This document shows positions 22,839-33,389 of a stretch of DNA of 64,000 nucleotides, piece after piece. Every line of letters begins with the position of its first letter. Position 1 is the first letter of the stretch. The position numbers were made by a program, and so were the translations under genes. Origin of the DNA: an uncultured delta proteobacterium (GTDB taxonomy: Bacteria; Myxococcota_A; Polyangia; Polyangiales; JAFGIB01); the NCBI GenBank assembly GCA_963778655.1, contig CAVZVA010000003.1, positions 448,001-512,000 of the forward strand, written 5' to 3'. The notes beneath the pieces were generated by a model. The model worked only from the letters and a program-made list of their open reading frames with translations. It searched no databases and was not told where the DNA came from.

Positions 22839-24608
22839 ATGTCTACTCGCAACTACTTTCGTCTAGTCTGGACCGCGCTGCTCGCGATGACTGCCGCCGC
22901 GTGTATGGATCGGCCGCGCAACAACCAAGTACTGTCGTCTCCCAAAGCAACCTTCCAATGGAGCGGCTGGGTCGTGAATCCCAACGAAACAGTTACCCTG
23001 AAGGTCAAGGATCAGTCGGACGGCAGCTGGGACACGCGCTGGAACGCGACCACGGGCACGACGGGTCAGACCGACGGACAGCTCACGTGGTTTCCGTTCA
23101 GCACGAGCAGTACGACGCTCAGGTACAGCACTGCGTCAAGCAATCGCAAGTACTGGCGCATGATCTCGAGCCAGGGGTCGCAACGCCGCATGGCCGCGGA
23201 CGTCAAGACGACCTCGCCTACGCGCGGTGACCTGTTCAGCTTCGACGCCGACGCCGACAGCTGCATCACCTCGCAGAGCACGGGCATGGCGATCGCGGGC
23301 AACTGCAGCTCCTCGAGCTCGCCCGTGGCAACGCTGATCGCGAACTGTGGCAAACCAGACCAGGCCTGCTGTCTGGCCAACGGCGTCGGAACCATCGACC
23401 GCTGCGACCGCGGCCGCAACTGCGACACCTCGAGCTTGACCTGCTCGATTCCCGCGGGCGGCCTGCACCAAGCCTGTTTCGCGGACAACACGTGCAACAA
23501 CAGCACGCTGGAATGCGTCGACGGCCTGTGCCGCGACATGATCCAGCGTGCGCCGGTCCTGACCAGCAAGCTCGTGGTGCACACCTGCGACAAGGCCTAC
23601 GCTGGAACCCACGAGGAGATCTGGGTACGCCTGCGCAACGACACCTTCTATTTGGACCACCCGGGTCGCGATGCGGACCGCAACCAGACCGATACCTGGG
23701 GGCTGGCCATCCCCGACATTCACTCGGTCTCCGACATCTCCGGCCTGACCATCGGAACCGAGCAAGGCGAGGATTCGTGGTGCGTCGACCGCGTTGATCT
23801 GATCGTCAACGGCGCCAAGGTCTTTAGCAAGAGCTACAGCGGCGGAATCGAGATTCGCCAAGTCAACGATCCCATTTACCCGATCTTCCCGCAGCTCAAG
23901 GTGGCCGACGAGACCACCATCCGCGACGCGCTCGACGCCGCCGATCGCACGCAGGTGTGCACGCTCCCTCCCAGCCTCAGTTATGCGGATCTCGAGAGCG
24001 AGATCGCCGGCGCGCTCGGCGACAAGTTCGCCCGCTCCCGGCTCAATCTCACCAGCGACGACAAGAAGTACAATGCCTCATGGGGCAACTTCAGCCCCAT
24101 CGTGACGCGGGAGGACAGCAACACGCTCAAGGTCGCGATCAAGTTTCGCGCGACGGCGATATTGACCGATCCGATACCTGACTTCGACATCACGGGCGAC
24201 ATCGAGATCAAGGTGTCCGCCCAGTGTTCCGTCGAGGCACAGGGCTGGTCCAACCCTAATGGCACGAGCGGCTTCTCGCAGTGCAAGCCCGACTTCAACA
24301 GCTCGGCGGTGCTCACCAAAGCCGTTGGCATTCCCGACACCGGTGTTCCGGTGCTGGAAGACATTGTCAGATGGATCGCCTCGGTCAAAATTGCCGGGGC
24401 CGCCCAAAAGGCCGTCTCGCAATTTCCGGATCTCGAATCGTACTTCGACGACGCGCAAGCATTCGCTTGCCCCTTCGACGTGAGCCATCAGCTCTGCGAT
24501 CCGGATGGCAACGTCTGTTCTTGCCCGAACATCAATGTCGGCAGCAGCTCGATCCGCTTGGACTGGACGTCGCTGAGCTCGCTCCCGAACCTGCTCTGCT
24601 TGTTCTGA
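22839..24608 (+). CDS. Cys-rich multidomain lipoprotein with PLAT/LH2-like domain
   Basis: AGGAGG RBS; lipobox AAAC; TCDKAYAGT..IWVRL..FYLD..D.DRNQTD...DSWCVDRV. Confidence 0.75.
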   Translation: MSTRNYFRLVWTALLAMTAAACMDRPRNNQVLSSPKATFQWSGWVVNPNETVTLKVKDQSDGSWDTRWNATTGTTGQTDGQLTWFPFSTSSTTLRYSTASSNRKYWRMISSQGSQRRMAADVKTTSPTRGDLFSFDADADSCITSQSTGMAIAGNCSSSSSPVATLIANCGKPDQACCLANGVGTIDRCDRGRNCDTSSLTCSIPAGGLHQACFADNTCNNSTLECVDGLCRDMIQRAPVLTSKLVVHTCDKAYAGTHEEIWVRLRNDTFYLDHPGRDADRNQTDTWGLAIPDIHSVSDISGLTIGTEQGEDSWCVDRVDLIVNGAKVFSKSYSGGIEIRQVNDPIYPIFPQLKVADETTIRDALDAADRTQVCTLPPSLSYADLESEIAGALGDKFARSRLNLTSDDKKYNASWGNFSPIVTREDSNTLKVAIKFRATAILTDPIPDFDITGDIEIKVSAQCSVEAQGWSNPNGTSGFSQCKPDFNSSAVLTKAVGIPDTGVPVLEDIVRWIASVKIAGAAQKAVSQFPDLESYFDDAQAFACPFDVSHQLCDPDGNVCSCPNINVGSSSIRLDWTSLSSLPNLLCLF

Positions 24609-24778
24609 CTAGAGTGCATTTCATCAATCCGAAATGCTCGATTTCGGAGCGCGACGGGTCCGCCGGCAAGGCGCGCGACCGCTGGAATACTCGGTGTATT
24701 TCAAGGTCGCGCAACGCAGCCGCCGGGCTCGTCCCGCCCGAAAGGGGGCGTTGAGCGGTTTATGAAATGCACTCCTAG
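24609..24778. mobile_element. MITE-like element, 170 bp, CTAG at both ends
   Basis: IR CTAGAGTGCATTTCAT / ATGAAATGCACTC(C)TAG; inner stems GCGCGACC/GGTCGCGC and GGAATAC/GTATTTC. Confidence 0.8.
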
Positions 24779-24883
24779 ATTAGTGCTCGCGCTGGAGCTG
24801 CGCCCGTGCCCGCATGGCGCCCACGAGCGCAGCTCGGCGTTCGGGCGCGTCCCGCCGCGCGCGAACGCAGCGGCCACCGGCGC

Positions 24884-25657
24884 TCAGGCCATCGCGAGCT
24901 GGCCGGTCGTGCGCAGCTCGGCCGAGCGCACCGGCTCGTACGAGGGCACGGGCTCGATCCGCAGCCGCCTTCGCACCTGCTCGAGCGGAAGCGTCAGCAG
25001 CTGCTCCCACTCGACCGGGGGCAACCATTGCGCGCGCGCGCTGGCAGCCAGTGCGTGCGCGACCATGCGTACGAGCCTCGGGTCGCGCGCCTTGAGCAGC
25101 GCGGCCAGCACGATCAGCGCGACCCCGGGGTTGCGCGTCTGCACCATGGTGAACGCGAGCAGCGCGGCCTCACCGTACAGGTCGCCGTGGTAGCCGGTGA
25201 CGGTATGCCAGAGATCGTGCGTGTCCCGCAGGCGCTCGCCCACGTAGTCGAAGTCACCGCCTCGCGCGAACACGCCGGTGTCGCCTTCGACGCTGGCCTG
25301 CACCAGGCCTTCCGCGCTGATTTGCTCGCGCTCTAGAAACGCGAGATAGGCGCGCGCGAGCGAGCCTTCCGGCGTCTGCTCGAGCGCGGCGCGATCGCGC
25401 AGCAGGCCGAGGATCTGGGGGCGGCTTTGGAGCAAGCGCCGGCCGCTCGGCGACGCACGGAAGCGGGCCAGCAGGCGCAGCGGCGCGCGGCCGGAGAGCG
25501 ATTCGATCACGGTGAAGACCTGACGCGTGTCGTCCGGGTTGCGCACCAGCTCGCGCAGCGCGCGCAGGGCGCGCAAGGGGTAGAGGCCGGGCGGCGGGGG
25601 CTCACGCTGCGGGTCGTGGTTGCCGTGGCGGTCGGGGCTGGGCTCTGGGCTGGGCAT
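24884..25657 (-). CDS. Coq4-family protein
   Basis: PEGSLARAY, RLRDTHDLWHTVTGY..D..GEAALLAF (HDxxH...E); GGAGG RBS. Confidence 0.85.
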   Translation of the reverse strand: MPSPEPSPDRHGNHDPQREPPPPGLYPLRALRALRELVRNPDDTRQVFTVIESLSGRAPLRLLARFRASPSGRRLLQSRPQILGLLRDRAALEQTPEGSLARAYLAFLEREQISAEGLVQASVEGDTGVFARGGDFDYVGERLRDTHDLWHTVTGYHGDLYGEAALLAFTMVQTRNPGVALIVLAALLKARDPRLVRMVAHALAASARAQWLPPVEWEQLLTLPLEQVRRRLRIEPVPSYEPVRSAELRTTGQLAMA

Positions 25658-25681
25658 CGGGGGACCTCCTGGCGACACTAC

Positions 25682-25719
25682 TGACAAGGCTGTTCATAGC
25701 GTAACTGACAAACTTGTCA
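25682..25719. promoter_or_regulatory. Probable TetR operator(s)
   Basis: TGACAA-AC-TTGTCA (25706-25719) plus a second TGACAA half-site at 25682. Confidence 0.7.
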
Positions 25720-25748
25720 ACAGGGGTAGACCCGGGTACACGTGGGCG

Positions 25749-26396
25749 ATGCGAAAATCGGCCCGCGGCCGCCGCGGCACCCAGCCCCGGGTCCGCCGCA
25801 CGGCCGAAAACGCCCGCAGCGCGATCCTCGACGCAACCGAGCTCCGCCTGGTCGAGCGCGGACCGGCCGGCATCCGCTTGCAGGACGTCGCGGCCGACGT
25901 CGGCGTCTCGCACTCGACCATCCTCCACCACTTCGGCAGCCGCGAGCAGCTGGTCGAGGCGGTGATTCAGCGCCGGGTGCGCGCGATGAACCAAGAGGTG
26001 ATTCTCGCCCTGCTCTCGGCGCCGAGCGCGAACGAAGAAGACGCCGCGGTGGCGCTGTTCGAGCGCCTGTATCAGGTGCTCGGGCCGGGCGGACATGCCC
26101 GCGTGATCGCTTACCGCGCGCTCGAAGGCAGCCGGCCGAGCCTAAGCCCCGAGAGCCTGCGACCGCTTGCGGAGGCGACCCACGCCGCACGCGTCGCGCG
26201 CCGCCAACCCGGGCTGCCGCCGCCGAGCTTCGAGGACACCGAGCACGCCGTCCACCTCGCCGCGCTCGCGCTGTTCGCCGAATCGCTGGTCGGCGCGCTG
26301 TTTCGCGGCGACCCCGAAGGCAAGCCGGACGAGGCCGCCAGCAAGCGCTTCCGCGAGTGGCTCGCGCGCCTCCTGCTCGCCACACTCGAGCACTGA
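25749..26396 (+). CDS. TetR/AcrR-family regulator
   Basis: ILDAT..L..G..IRLQDVAADVGVSHSTILHHFGSRE HTH. Confidence 0.92.
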   Translation: MRKSARGRRGTQPRVRRTAENARSAILDATELRLVERGPAGIRLQDVAADVGVSHSTILHHFGSREQLVEAVIQRRVRAMNQEVILALLSAPSANEEDAAVALFERLYQVLGPGGHARVIAYRALEGSRPSLSPESLRPLAEATHAARVARRQPGLPPPSFEDTEHAVHLAALALFAESLVGALFRGDPEGKPDEAASKRFREWLARLLLATLEH

Positions 26397-26562
26397 GCGC
26401 TTGGACCGGCTCTCAGTGCCCTGCATCCGCGTCACCTGCGCCGGAGCAACGTGGCGTGCGGGCCCCCATGCCGGTCGAAGGCGTTGCGCCGCCACAAACG
26501 CGGGCCGGGCGTTCCCCGACGTGCCGATCACGACCACCGATTGTGAGGAAGCCGCGCAAGCT

Positions 26563-27228
26563 TCAGTCACAGACGTCGCCGATGTCGATCGACATGCAGC
26601 TCATGGTGCCCGGGCTGGTGCATGCGATTCCGCGGCACGCGGGGTCGGGCGGGCAACCGGCTTGGTCGTACTTTGCCTTGATGCTGTTCAAGGTCGAGAA
26701 GTCATTGACGTAGGTCGTGCAGTAACAGCCGAGGGACCTGACCACGAGTTGCTGGCATTGCCCAGTTGCGTGCGGGTCGCACATCCTCGCGATCTGCATC
26801 GCCGCGTCGTAGTCCCGAGCGAACTGATCGCAGGTGTCGCCGGGGGTGCCGCCTCCGCCTGCGCTGCCGCCGGTTCCCGTTTGCCCTGAGGCTCCGCCTT
26901 GCCCGCCGTCGTGGCCGCTGTGTCCCGCGCCGCCCTGACCGGCATCGCGTCCGGTCTGACCACCGCTTCCCACAGCAGGGCTTGTCCCTCCCACGCCACC
27001 GCCGCCATCGGCGCTGGTCATGACGCGACTTGGGCCGCCCGTGGCGGGCGCGCCTGCGCCTCCTTGGGCTGCCGTTTGCATTGCCGTACCCGACCCGCCG
27101 CTGCCAACCCGTGCCGCCGAGCTCGGCGCTCCACCGCTGTCGCCCGGAGCGCCGGGATGAGCCGCGTTCGACTTGCCGGCGCATGCGGCGGTGACGACCA
27201 TGACAGCGAGCAAGAATGGACGACGCAT
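26563..27228 (-). CDS. Small lipoprotein with Gly-rich linker and Cys-rich C-terminus
   Basis: Lipobox TAAC; about 10 Cys in the last 75 aa. Confidence 0.75.
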   Translation of the reverse strand: MRRPFLLAVMVVTAACAGKSNAAHPGAPGDSGGAPSSAARVGSGGSGTAMQTAAQGGAGAPATGGPSRVMTSADGGGGVGGTSPAVGSGGQTGRDAGQGGAGHSGHDGGQGGASGQTGTGGSAGGGGTPGDTCDQFARDYDAAMQIARMCDPHATGQCQQLVVRSLGCYCTTYVNDFSTLNSIKAKYDQAGCPPDPACRGIACTSPGTMSCMSIDIGDVCD

Positions 27229-27611
27229 CGCGATTCCGAGCCTACAACGCCCAAGTGAGCCGCGAGCCCGCGCTTCTTGCCGCTTGGCTCAGTTTGGCAC
27301 ACTTGGCGGGATGAACCTCTCGGATGCACGGTTCGTGCCTGCGGCCCTGTTGCGCTCACCGTGCTCGCGTGGGTCCCGTTCCAGCAACTCAGCAGCACCG
27401 ACGCCCCCCACAAAGGGCCGTTGCCGGTTGCGCGCGCGACGACTGCGAGCGCTCGGATCCGGTAGCGTAGGAGCTCGCGACTGGTGGACCGGAGAGCGGC
27501 ACCCCCACGCCGGCGAGCTACGGCCGTGCGTGCTCTCGCCTTCCGCCAAGGCGCTCACCCCGGCGGCCGGCGGCGGGATCCGGCGGGGGCCGCCGATCGG
27601 CGCGCGCAAGG

Positions 27612-27652
27612 TCGCGTGATCACGCGATCCGAGCTCCGGCCCGTCGCGTGCA
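27612..27652 (+). promoter_or_regulatory. 16-bp palindrome and sigma-54-like -24/-12 site before comM
   Basis: TCGCGTGATCACGCGA (27612-27627); CGGCCCGTCGCGTGCA (27637-27652, GG-N10-GC). Confidence 0.4.
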
Positions 27653-27664
27653 CCAGCGCCGGGC

Positions 27665-29251
27665 ATGATGAGCGTGGTCGAGTCTGGGTCGTTGTGCGGG
27701 GTGGAAGCGCATGGGGTGCGGGTCGAGGCCAGCCCGGTCCGCGGGCTGCCCGGCTTCGATATCGTGGGGCTGCCGGAGGCGGGCATCCGCGAGAGCCGGG
27801 TGCGGGTGATCGCGGCCCTGAGCAACAGCGGCTTCGCGCTGCCCGAGCAGCGCTTCGTCGTCAACCTCGCGCCCGCCGACCTGCGCAAGTCGGGCGCGTC
27901 GTTCGATCTGGCGATCGCAATCGCGCTGCTGGCGCAGTGCGGGCTGTGCGCGCCCAACCGCCTGGGTGAGCTGCTGATCGTGGGCGAGCTCTCGCTCGAC
28001 GGCCAGCTGCGGCCGGTGCGCGGGCTGCTGTCGCAGCTGCGCAGCGCGCGCCGCCGCGGGCTCACCGAGGCGCTGATCCCCACCGAGGACGCGGCGTGGG
28101 CCGGCCTGGTCGGGGGCATGCGCCTGCACTGCGCCGAGCACCTGCGCGACGCGGTCGCCTTCCTGGGCGGCGAGCGCAAGCTGCCCGGGCCGCCGCCGCG
28201 ACCGCTGGGCGACGCCACGCGCGAGCCGCTCGACCTGTGCGACGTGCGTGGCCAGCAAGCGGCCAAGCGCGCGCTCGAGGTCGCCGCCGCCGGCGGCCAC
28301 AACCTGCTGATGATCGGCCCGCCGGGCGCGGGCAAGACCATGCTGGCGCGGCGGCTGCCGGGCTTGCTGCCGCCGCCCGACCCCGACGAGGCGCTCGACA
28401 TCGCCACCATCGCCAGCGCCGCCGGCCTGCACGTCACGCTCGCCGGCCACGGCGAACGGCCGTTCCGCGCGCCGCACCACAGCTGTAGCGATGTGGCGCT
28501 GATCGGCGGCGGCGAGCCAATCCGTCCGGGCGAAGTCACGCTCGCCCACGGCGGCGCGCTGTTCCTGGACGAGCTGCCGGAGTTCCGGCGCAGCGCGCTC
28601 GAGTCGCTGCGCCCCACCATGGAGTCGGGCGTGGCCGTGATCGCGCGCGCTCGCGACCGCGCCTGCATGCCGGCGCAACCGCTGCTGATCGCGGCGATGA
28701 ATCCCTGCCCGTGCGGCTACCAAGGCCACCCTCGGCGCATCTGCCGCTGCACCCCGGACCAGGTGCAGCGCTATCGCGGGCGCGTCTCGGGACCGCTGCT
28801 CGACCGCTTCGATTTGCACGTCGCGCTGCCGCCGCTGTCGGTGCGAGAGGTCGAGCGCGGAGCGCCCGGCGAGCCCAGCGCACAGGTGCGCCAGCGTGTG
28901 TGCGCGGCGCGGCGCTTTGAAGCCGAGCGCAAGCAGCGGCGCACGGAGCGCGTGGACGCGCCGCTGCACGGCGTGCCGATCCTACGGCTGGCGGCCGAGC
29001 TCGAGCCCGCGGCGCTGCAGTTTCTGCACCGCACCATGACCCAGCTCGAGCTGAGCCTACGCGCCTACGTCAAGGTCCTGACGGTCTCGCGCACCATCGC
29101 CGACCTCGAGCACAGCGAGGCGGTGCGGTTGCCTCACGTGGCCGAGGCGATCCAGTACCGCCTGTTCGACCGCGACGGCACCCGCGCGCGCAGGCCCGAG
29201 CCGGCCTTCGCCGCCGGCGGCGGCGGCGCGCGCAGCCAGCACGAGCACTGA
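27665..29251 (+). CDS. comM: YifB/ComM Mg-chelatase-like AAA+ ATPase
   Basis: [62 protein letters not shown]. Confidence 0.93.
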   Translation: MMSVVESGSLCGVEAHGVRVEASPVRGLPGFDIVGLPEAGIRESRVRVIAALSNSGFALPEQRFVVNLAPADLRKSGASFDLAIAIALLAQCGLCAPNRLGELLIVGELSLDGQLRPVRGLLSQLRSARRRGLTEALIPTEDAAWAGLVGGMRLHCAEHLRDAVAFLGGERKLPGPPPRPLGDATREPLDLCDVRGQQAAKRALEVAAAGGHNLLMIGPPGAGKTMLARRLPGLLPPPDPDEALDIATIASAAGLHVTLAGHGERPFRAPHHSCSDVALIGGGEPIRPGEVTLAHGGALFLDELPEFRRSALESLRPTMESGVAVIARARDRACMPAQPLLIAAMNPCPCGYQGHPRRICRCTPDQVQRYRGRVSGPLLDRFDLHVALPPLSVREVERGAPGEPSAQVRQRVCAARRFEAERKQRRTERVDAPLHGVPILRLAAELEPAALQFLHRTMTQLELSLRAYVKVLTVSRTIADLEHSEAVRLPHVAEAIQYRLFDRDGTRARRPEPAFAAGGGGARSQHEH

Positions 29252-29307
29252 ACGTCGGCGGCGTCCGTGCGGCGCCGCGCGTCATCAACCCAAAGGAGAA
29301 GCCAGTC

Positions 29308-30342
29308 ATGTCGATGAAGGAGAAGCTCAAGGCGGTCGCGCAGGCGATCGGGGCGATCGAGAAGCAATACGGCAAGGGCGCGATCATGCAGCTCGGCGAG
29401 CGCAGCGCGCAGAGCGTGCCCACGATCGGAAGCGGCGCTCCGTCGCTCGACCGCGCGCTCGGCTGTGGCGGCTACCCGCGCGGCCGGGTGGTGGAGATCT
29501 ACGGACCAGAGTCGAGCGGCAAGACCACGCTCACGCTGCACGCGATCGCGGAGGCACAGCGCGCCGGTGGGGTTGCAGCCTTCATCGACGCCGAGCACGC
29601 GCTCGACGTGCACTACGCCAAGGCGCTCGGCGTGGACGTGGGCCAGCTGCTGGTCAGCCAGCCGGACACCGGCGAGCAGGCGCTCGACATCCTCGAAACC
29701 CTGGTGCGCAGCGGCGCGGTCGACCTGATCGTGGTCGACTCGGTCGCGGCGCTGGTGCCCAAGGCCGAGATCGAGGGCGAAATGGGCGACCAGCACGTGG
29801 GCTTGCACGCGCGGCTGATGAGCCAGGCCCTGCGCAAGCTCACCGGCATCACCCACCGCACCGACACCACCATCATGTTCATCAACCAGCTGCGCATGAA
29901 GATCGGCGTGATGTTCGGCTCGCCCGAGACCACCACCGGCGGCCACGCGCTCAAGTACTATGCCTCGGTGCGGCTCGACATCCGGCGCATCGGGCCGGTC
30001 AAGAGCGGCGAAGAGGTGCGCGGCAACCGCACCCGCATCAAGGTGGTCAAGAACAAGCTCGCGCCGCCGTTCCAGCTCACCGAGCTCGACATCCTCTATG
30101 GCGCCGGCATCGACGCCACCGCGGACCTGCTCGATCTGGCAGTCGCGCAGGGCGTGATCGAAAAGCGCGGCGCCTACCTCGCGCTCGACGGCGAGACGCT
30201 GGCCCAGGGCCGCGACAAAGCGCGCGAGCTGCTGCTGGCCGACAACGCGTTGCGCCAGCGCCTGCTGCAGCGCATCGGCATCGGCGGGGGTGGCGCCGAC
30301 ACGCCTTGCGCGGCGGAGAGCGCCAAGCCGGCGGCGGCGTGA
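29308..30342 (+). CDS. recA: Recombinase RecA
   Basis: [47 protein letters not shown]. Confidence 0.98.
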   Translation: MSMKEKLKAVAQAIGAIEKQYGKGAIMQLGERSAQSVPTIGSGAPSLDRALGCGGYPRGRVVEIYGPESSGKTTLTLHAIAEAQRAGGVAAFIDAEHALDVHYAKALGVDVGQLLVSQPDTGEQALDILETLVRSGAVDLIVVDSVAALVPKAEIEGEMGDQHVGLHARLMSQALRKLTGITHRTDTTIMFINQLRMKIGVMFGSPETTTGGHALKYYASVRLDIRRIGPVKSGEEVRGNRTRIKVVKNKLAPPFQLTELDILYGAGIDATADLLDLAVAQGVIEKRGAYLALDGETLAQGRDKARELLLADNALRQRLLQRIGIGGGGADTPCAAESAKPAAA

Positions 30343-30408
30343 GCCCGCCGGGGACGGCAGCGCACCGGTCTGTTCGCGCGAGCCCGGCGCGCGCCCGGGG
30401 CGACCGGG

Positions 30409-31242
30409 TCAAAAGTGCCCGTGCAGGGTGCCGAAGCAGCCGCCCGCGCCGCACGCGAGCGCCACCGGCGCCTCCGCAGGGCGCTCGGCAGCTCCGCCGT
30501 GAACCAGCAGCAGCACGCCGCCGACCGCCGCGCTCAGCAGGCCCACGCCCGCGAGCGCCACCGTCACGGTGCGCCAGGTGCGGGCGTCGCTGCGCTTGCC
30601 GTCGAGGTCATATTTGGCCGGGCAGGTTCCGCCCTTGCATTGATCCTCGATGCTCGAAATCTTGCTGCTGGCCACGATCCCCGTGACCACGCCCGCGACG
30701 ATCAGGGTGCCGCCGGCACCCAGCAGCACATAGGGCAGCAGGCTCGCGCGGCGTCTCGACGGCGGGGCAGCCGGCCGCGACGCGGGCGGTGGCTGCGCGA
30801 GCGCAGCGGCCGGCTGCGACTGGGCGGCCGGTTGCGCCGGTCCGGCCGCCTCCGGGTGGCTGTTGGCGTCCTCCGTCGCCCGCAAGCGGGCCTGGAGGTT
30901 GATCCGCGTCGGCGCGTCGATCTCGGCGGTGTCGAGGTAACGGCGCAACGCGTCGATCGCTTTGGGCGCGTCGCTCGCGTCGCGGTAGGCGACGTAGATG
31001 TTGTACAGCAGCTCGGGTTTCTTGGAGAGCGCGTAGGCCTGCTCGAACTCGGTCGCGGCCTCGGCGAAGCGGCCGGCTTCGTACAGCGTCTTGCCCACCT
31101 TGAAGTGCGACCTGGCCTCTTGATCGGGCATGCTGCTGTCGACGTCGATCATGCCCCCCTGGGCATGCGCGAACGCGGCACGCCAGAGCGGCGCCAGCAG
31201 CAAGGGGAAGACGAGCAGCAAGACACGGCAACACGAGCGCAT
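30409..31242 (-). CDS. Secreted/membrane TPR protein
   Basis: Signal peptide; TPR ([20 protein letters not shown]); C-terminal hydrophobic segments. Confidence 0.8.
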   Translation of the reverse strand: MRSCCRVLLLVFPLLLAPLWRAAFAHAQGGMIDVDSSMPDQEARSHFKVGKTLYEAGRFAEAATEFEQAYALSKKPELLYNIYVAYRDASDAPKAIDALRRYLDTAEIDAPTRINLQARLRATEDANSHPEAAGPAQPAAQSQPAAALAQPPPASRPAAPPSRRRASLLPYVLLGAGGTLIVAGVVTGIVASSKISSIEDQCKGGTCPAKYDLDGKRSDARTWRTVTVALAGVGLLSAAVGGVLLLVHGGAAERPAEAPVALACGAGGCFGTLHGHF

Positions 31243-31324
31243 GGGTTCTCCTGCGGGTGGCGGTGGCCCCATGGTACGGCGAATCGCCGGGCCGCGTCAT
31301 CCGCTGTGGCGCCGCCTCGGGGGC

Positions 31325-33250
31325 TCATTGCGGCCCGGGACAGCTCCATTCGATGCCGACGCGCGACACGCGTGGTGCGCCCAGGCTGCCCCCCGCGCGC
31401 AGCGTCAGCCGCACCTCGACCACACCGCCGGGCGCGAAGTCGAGCGCAAAGGGCGGCACGTCCTGCGGCAGCGTGCCGAGATCGACGAAGCTCGCGTCGG
31501 CCAGCGCATCGCGGCTCGGCGCATGCCGCGCGGCGACCACGATGCTGGCGCCCACGCCGGCGTCCCAGCCGACGCGCAGGCGCTGCCACCGGGTCGCGCT
31601 CGAGCTCGTGCCGGGCACGGCGCAGCCGTCGAACACGTGCTGGATGCTGCCTTCCTCGGCCAGCTCGCCGAGCCTGCGGGCGCCGGTGATGTCGCCTTGG
31701 GGCCGCGGCAAGCGGCCCAGCGTCACCTGCGCGCTCACGCTCTGCGCCAGCGGATCGAAGCGCGTGAGCAGGCCGCCACCGTCCGGCGCGCCCATGCTGC
31801 TGACCACCCACAGCTGCCCGAACGAGTCGGCACCGATCGCGATCGATTCGATCGGCGAGAGGCCGTCCGCGTCCAGCCCGAAGGTGTCCGTGATCGCCAG
31901 CGGGTCGCGGCGCACCCGGCTCAGCCGGCCCGCGGTGTGCACCACCCAGCTCTGCTCGCCCAGCACCGCCACCCCGCGCGTATCGAGCACCCCGCCGGTC
32001 GGAACCTCCTTCCAGCTGTCGCGCTCGGGGTCGTAGGTGATCACGTCCTCACACGAAAACCCGCTCAAGGTCAGCATGCCTTGTGCGTCGCTGGCCAGGG
32101 CGTCGAGCAGGTAGCAGCGCAGCGGCGCTTGATGGATCTCCACGCCGGGCGGGCTCGCCCCCGGATCGACGCGCGCGAGCAAACCCTGGCGATCGATGAT
32201 CCACAGCGCGCCCCACGGATCGAAGGTCGCGTCGAAGGGCGCGAGCCCCGGCGTGGGCACTTCCTGGATCACGCTCGCGCTCTGGCCGTCGAGCTCGACC
32301 AGACGCTGCGCTGCCTGCAGCCCCACCCACACGTTGCCGCCCAGCGGAGCGTCGGGGGCGCGCGCGCCGTCGACCGCGAGCGAGCGCGCGAGCTCCGCGC
32401 CGCCGCCTACCGGAACGGACATCAGCACGCACTCGTCGCTGCCCAGCGCGAGCACGTCGCTGGGCCCCTGCGAGGTCTGCAGACCGTCGCCGTCCGTATC
32501 GAGGCAGCGATCGGCACCACCCGCGACCTTGGTCAGCATGGATTGGCCGTCGAGCGAGGGGCTGAGCACCCAGGCGTCGCCGTTGTGGTCGACCGCGATG
32601 CGCTCGGGCGCGTCGCCCGCCACGCGGTAGCGCGCCAACTCGCGCGCGCTCTGCGCATCGACCTTGGACAGCGTGCCCTCGCCGGTGTTGGGCACCCACA
32701 CCGTGCTCGACTCGATCGGGTGCAACGCCAGCGTCAGCAGGCCGCCCGGCGTGAGCGCGAGATCTCCGCTGGCCTCGAAGGGCGCTGCGGGCGGGCCCCA
32801 GACCCCGCCCACGCAGCTCGCGTCGCAGCCGCCGCACGGGCTGAGCACACCCTCATCGACGACGCCGTCGCAGTCGTTGTCCTGACCGTCACAGTGCTCG
32901 TATGCCGGCGTGACCTCGCCCTGGCAGGAGCCCCAGACGATGGTGGCGCAGCGCTGCCGTCCGGCGCGGCAGGCCCCGACGCCGATGGTGGCCTCATCGC
33001 CCGCGTAGCACTGCCGCGAGGCGCCGGCCAGGCACGGGCAGCCCTTGCCGAACGGCTGGGCCGCGCACTTGCGGCCGGCGGCCGAGCAGTCCTTGGCGAG
33101 CAAGGGGTCGTGGTCGTCGCAGTCGGGGCCCTGCGCACAGCCCTTACCGAAGCCGTCACCGTCTTGATCGTGGCACTGGGCCGCACACGCAGACAGCGCC
33201 AGCGGACAGACCAGCCCGAGCAGCAGAAGCAGTCGCGCGGCAGCCACCAC
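31325..33250 (-). CDS. Lipoprotein with Cys/Asp-rich repeats and beta-propeller
   Basis: Lipobox LSAC; DQDGDGFG, CDGQDNDCDGVVDEG; VWVPNT..GTLSKVD blades. Confidence 0.8.
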   Translation of the reverse strand: MVAAARLLLLLGLVCPLALSACAAQCHDQDGDGFGKGCAQGPDCDDHDPLLAKDCSAAGRKCAAQPFGKGCPCLAGASRQCYAGDEATIGVGACRAGRQRCATIVWGSCQGEVTPAYEHCDGQDNDCDGVVDEGVLSPCGGCDASCVGGVWGPPAAPFEASGDLALTPGGLLTLALHPIESSTVWVPNTGEGTLSKVDAQSARELARYRVAGDAPERIAVDHNGDAWVLSPSLDGQSMLTKVAGGADRCLDTDGDGLQTSQGPSDVLALGSDECVLMSVPVGGGAELARSLAVDGARAPDAPLGGNVWVGLQAAQRLVELDGQSASVIQEVPTPGLAPFDATFDPWGALWIIDRQGLLARVDPGASPPGVEIHQAPLRCYLLDALASDAQGMLTLSGFSCEDVITYDPERDSWKEVPTGGVLDTRGVAVLGEQSWVVHTAGRLSRVRRDPLAITDTFGLDADGLSPIESIAIGADSFGQLWVVSSMGAPDGGGLLTRFDPLAQSVSAQVTLGRLPRPQGDITGARRLGELAEEGSIQHVFDGCAVPGTSSSATRWQRLRVGWDAGVGASIVVAARHAPSRDALADASFVDLGTLPQDVPPFALDFAPGGVVEVRLTLRAGGSLGAPRVSRVGIEWSCPGPQ

Positions 33251-33389
33251 CGGCAGCGTAGCATCCGCGCGACCGCGGCCCCGGCCGGCAGCGGCTTCCC
33301 AGCCGCGAGGAAGCCTGCTACCTGGCGCCTACAGGGCCCGCCGCTGCCGTCGAGGGGTCTCGGCGCCGTGCTCCCGTGTGATCCGATAG

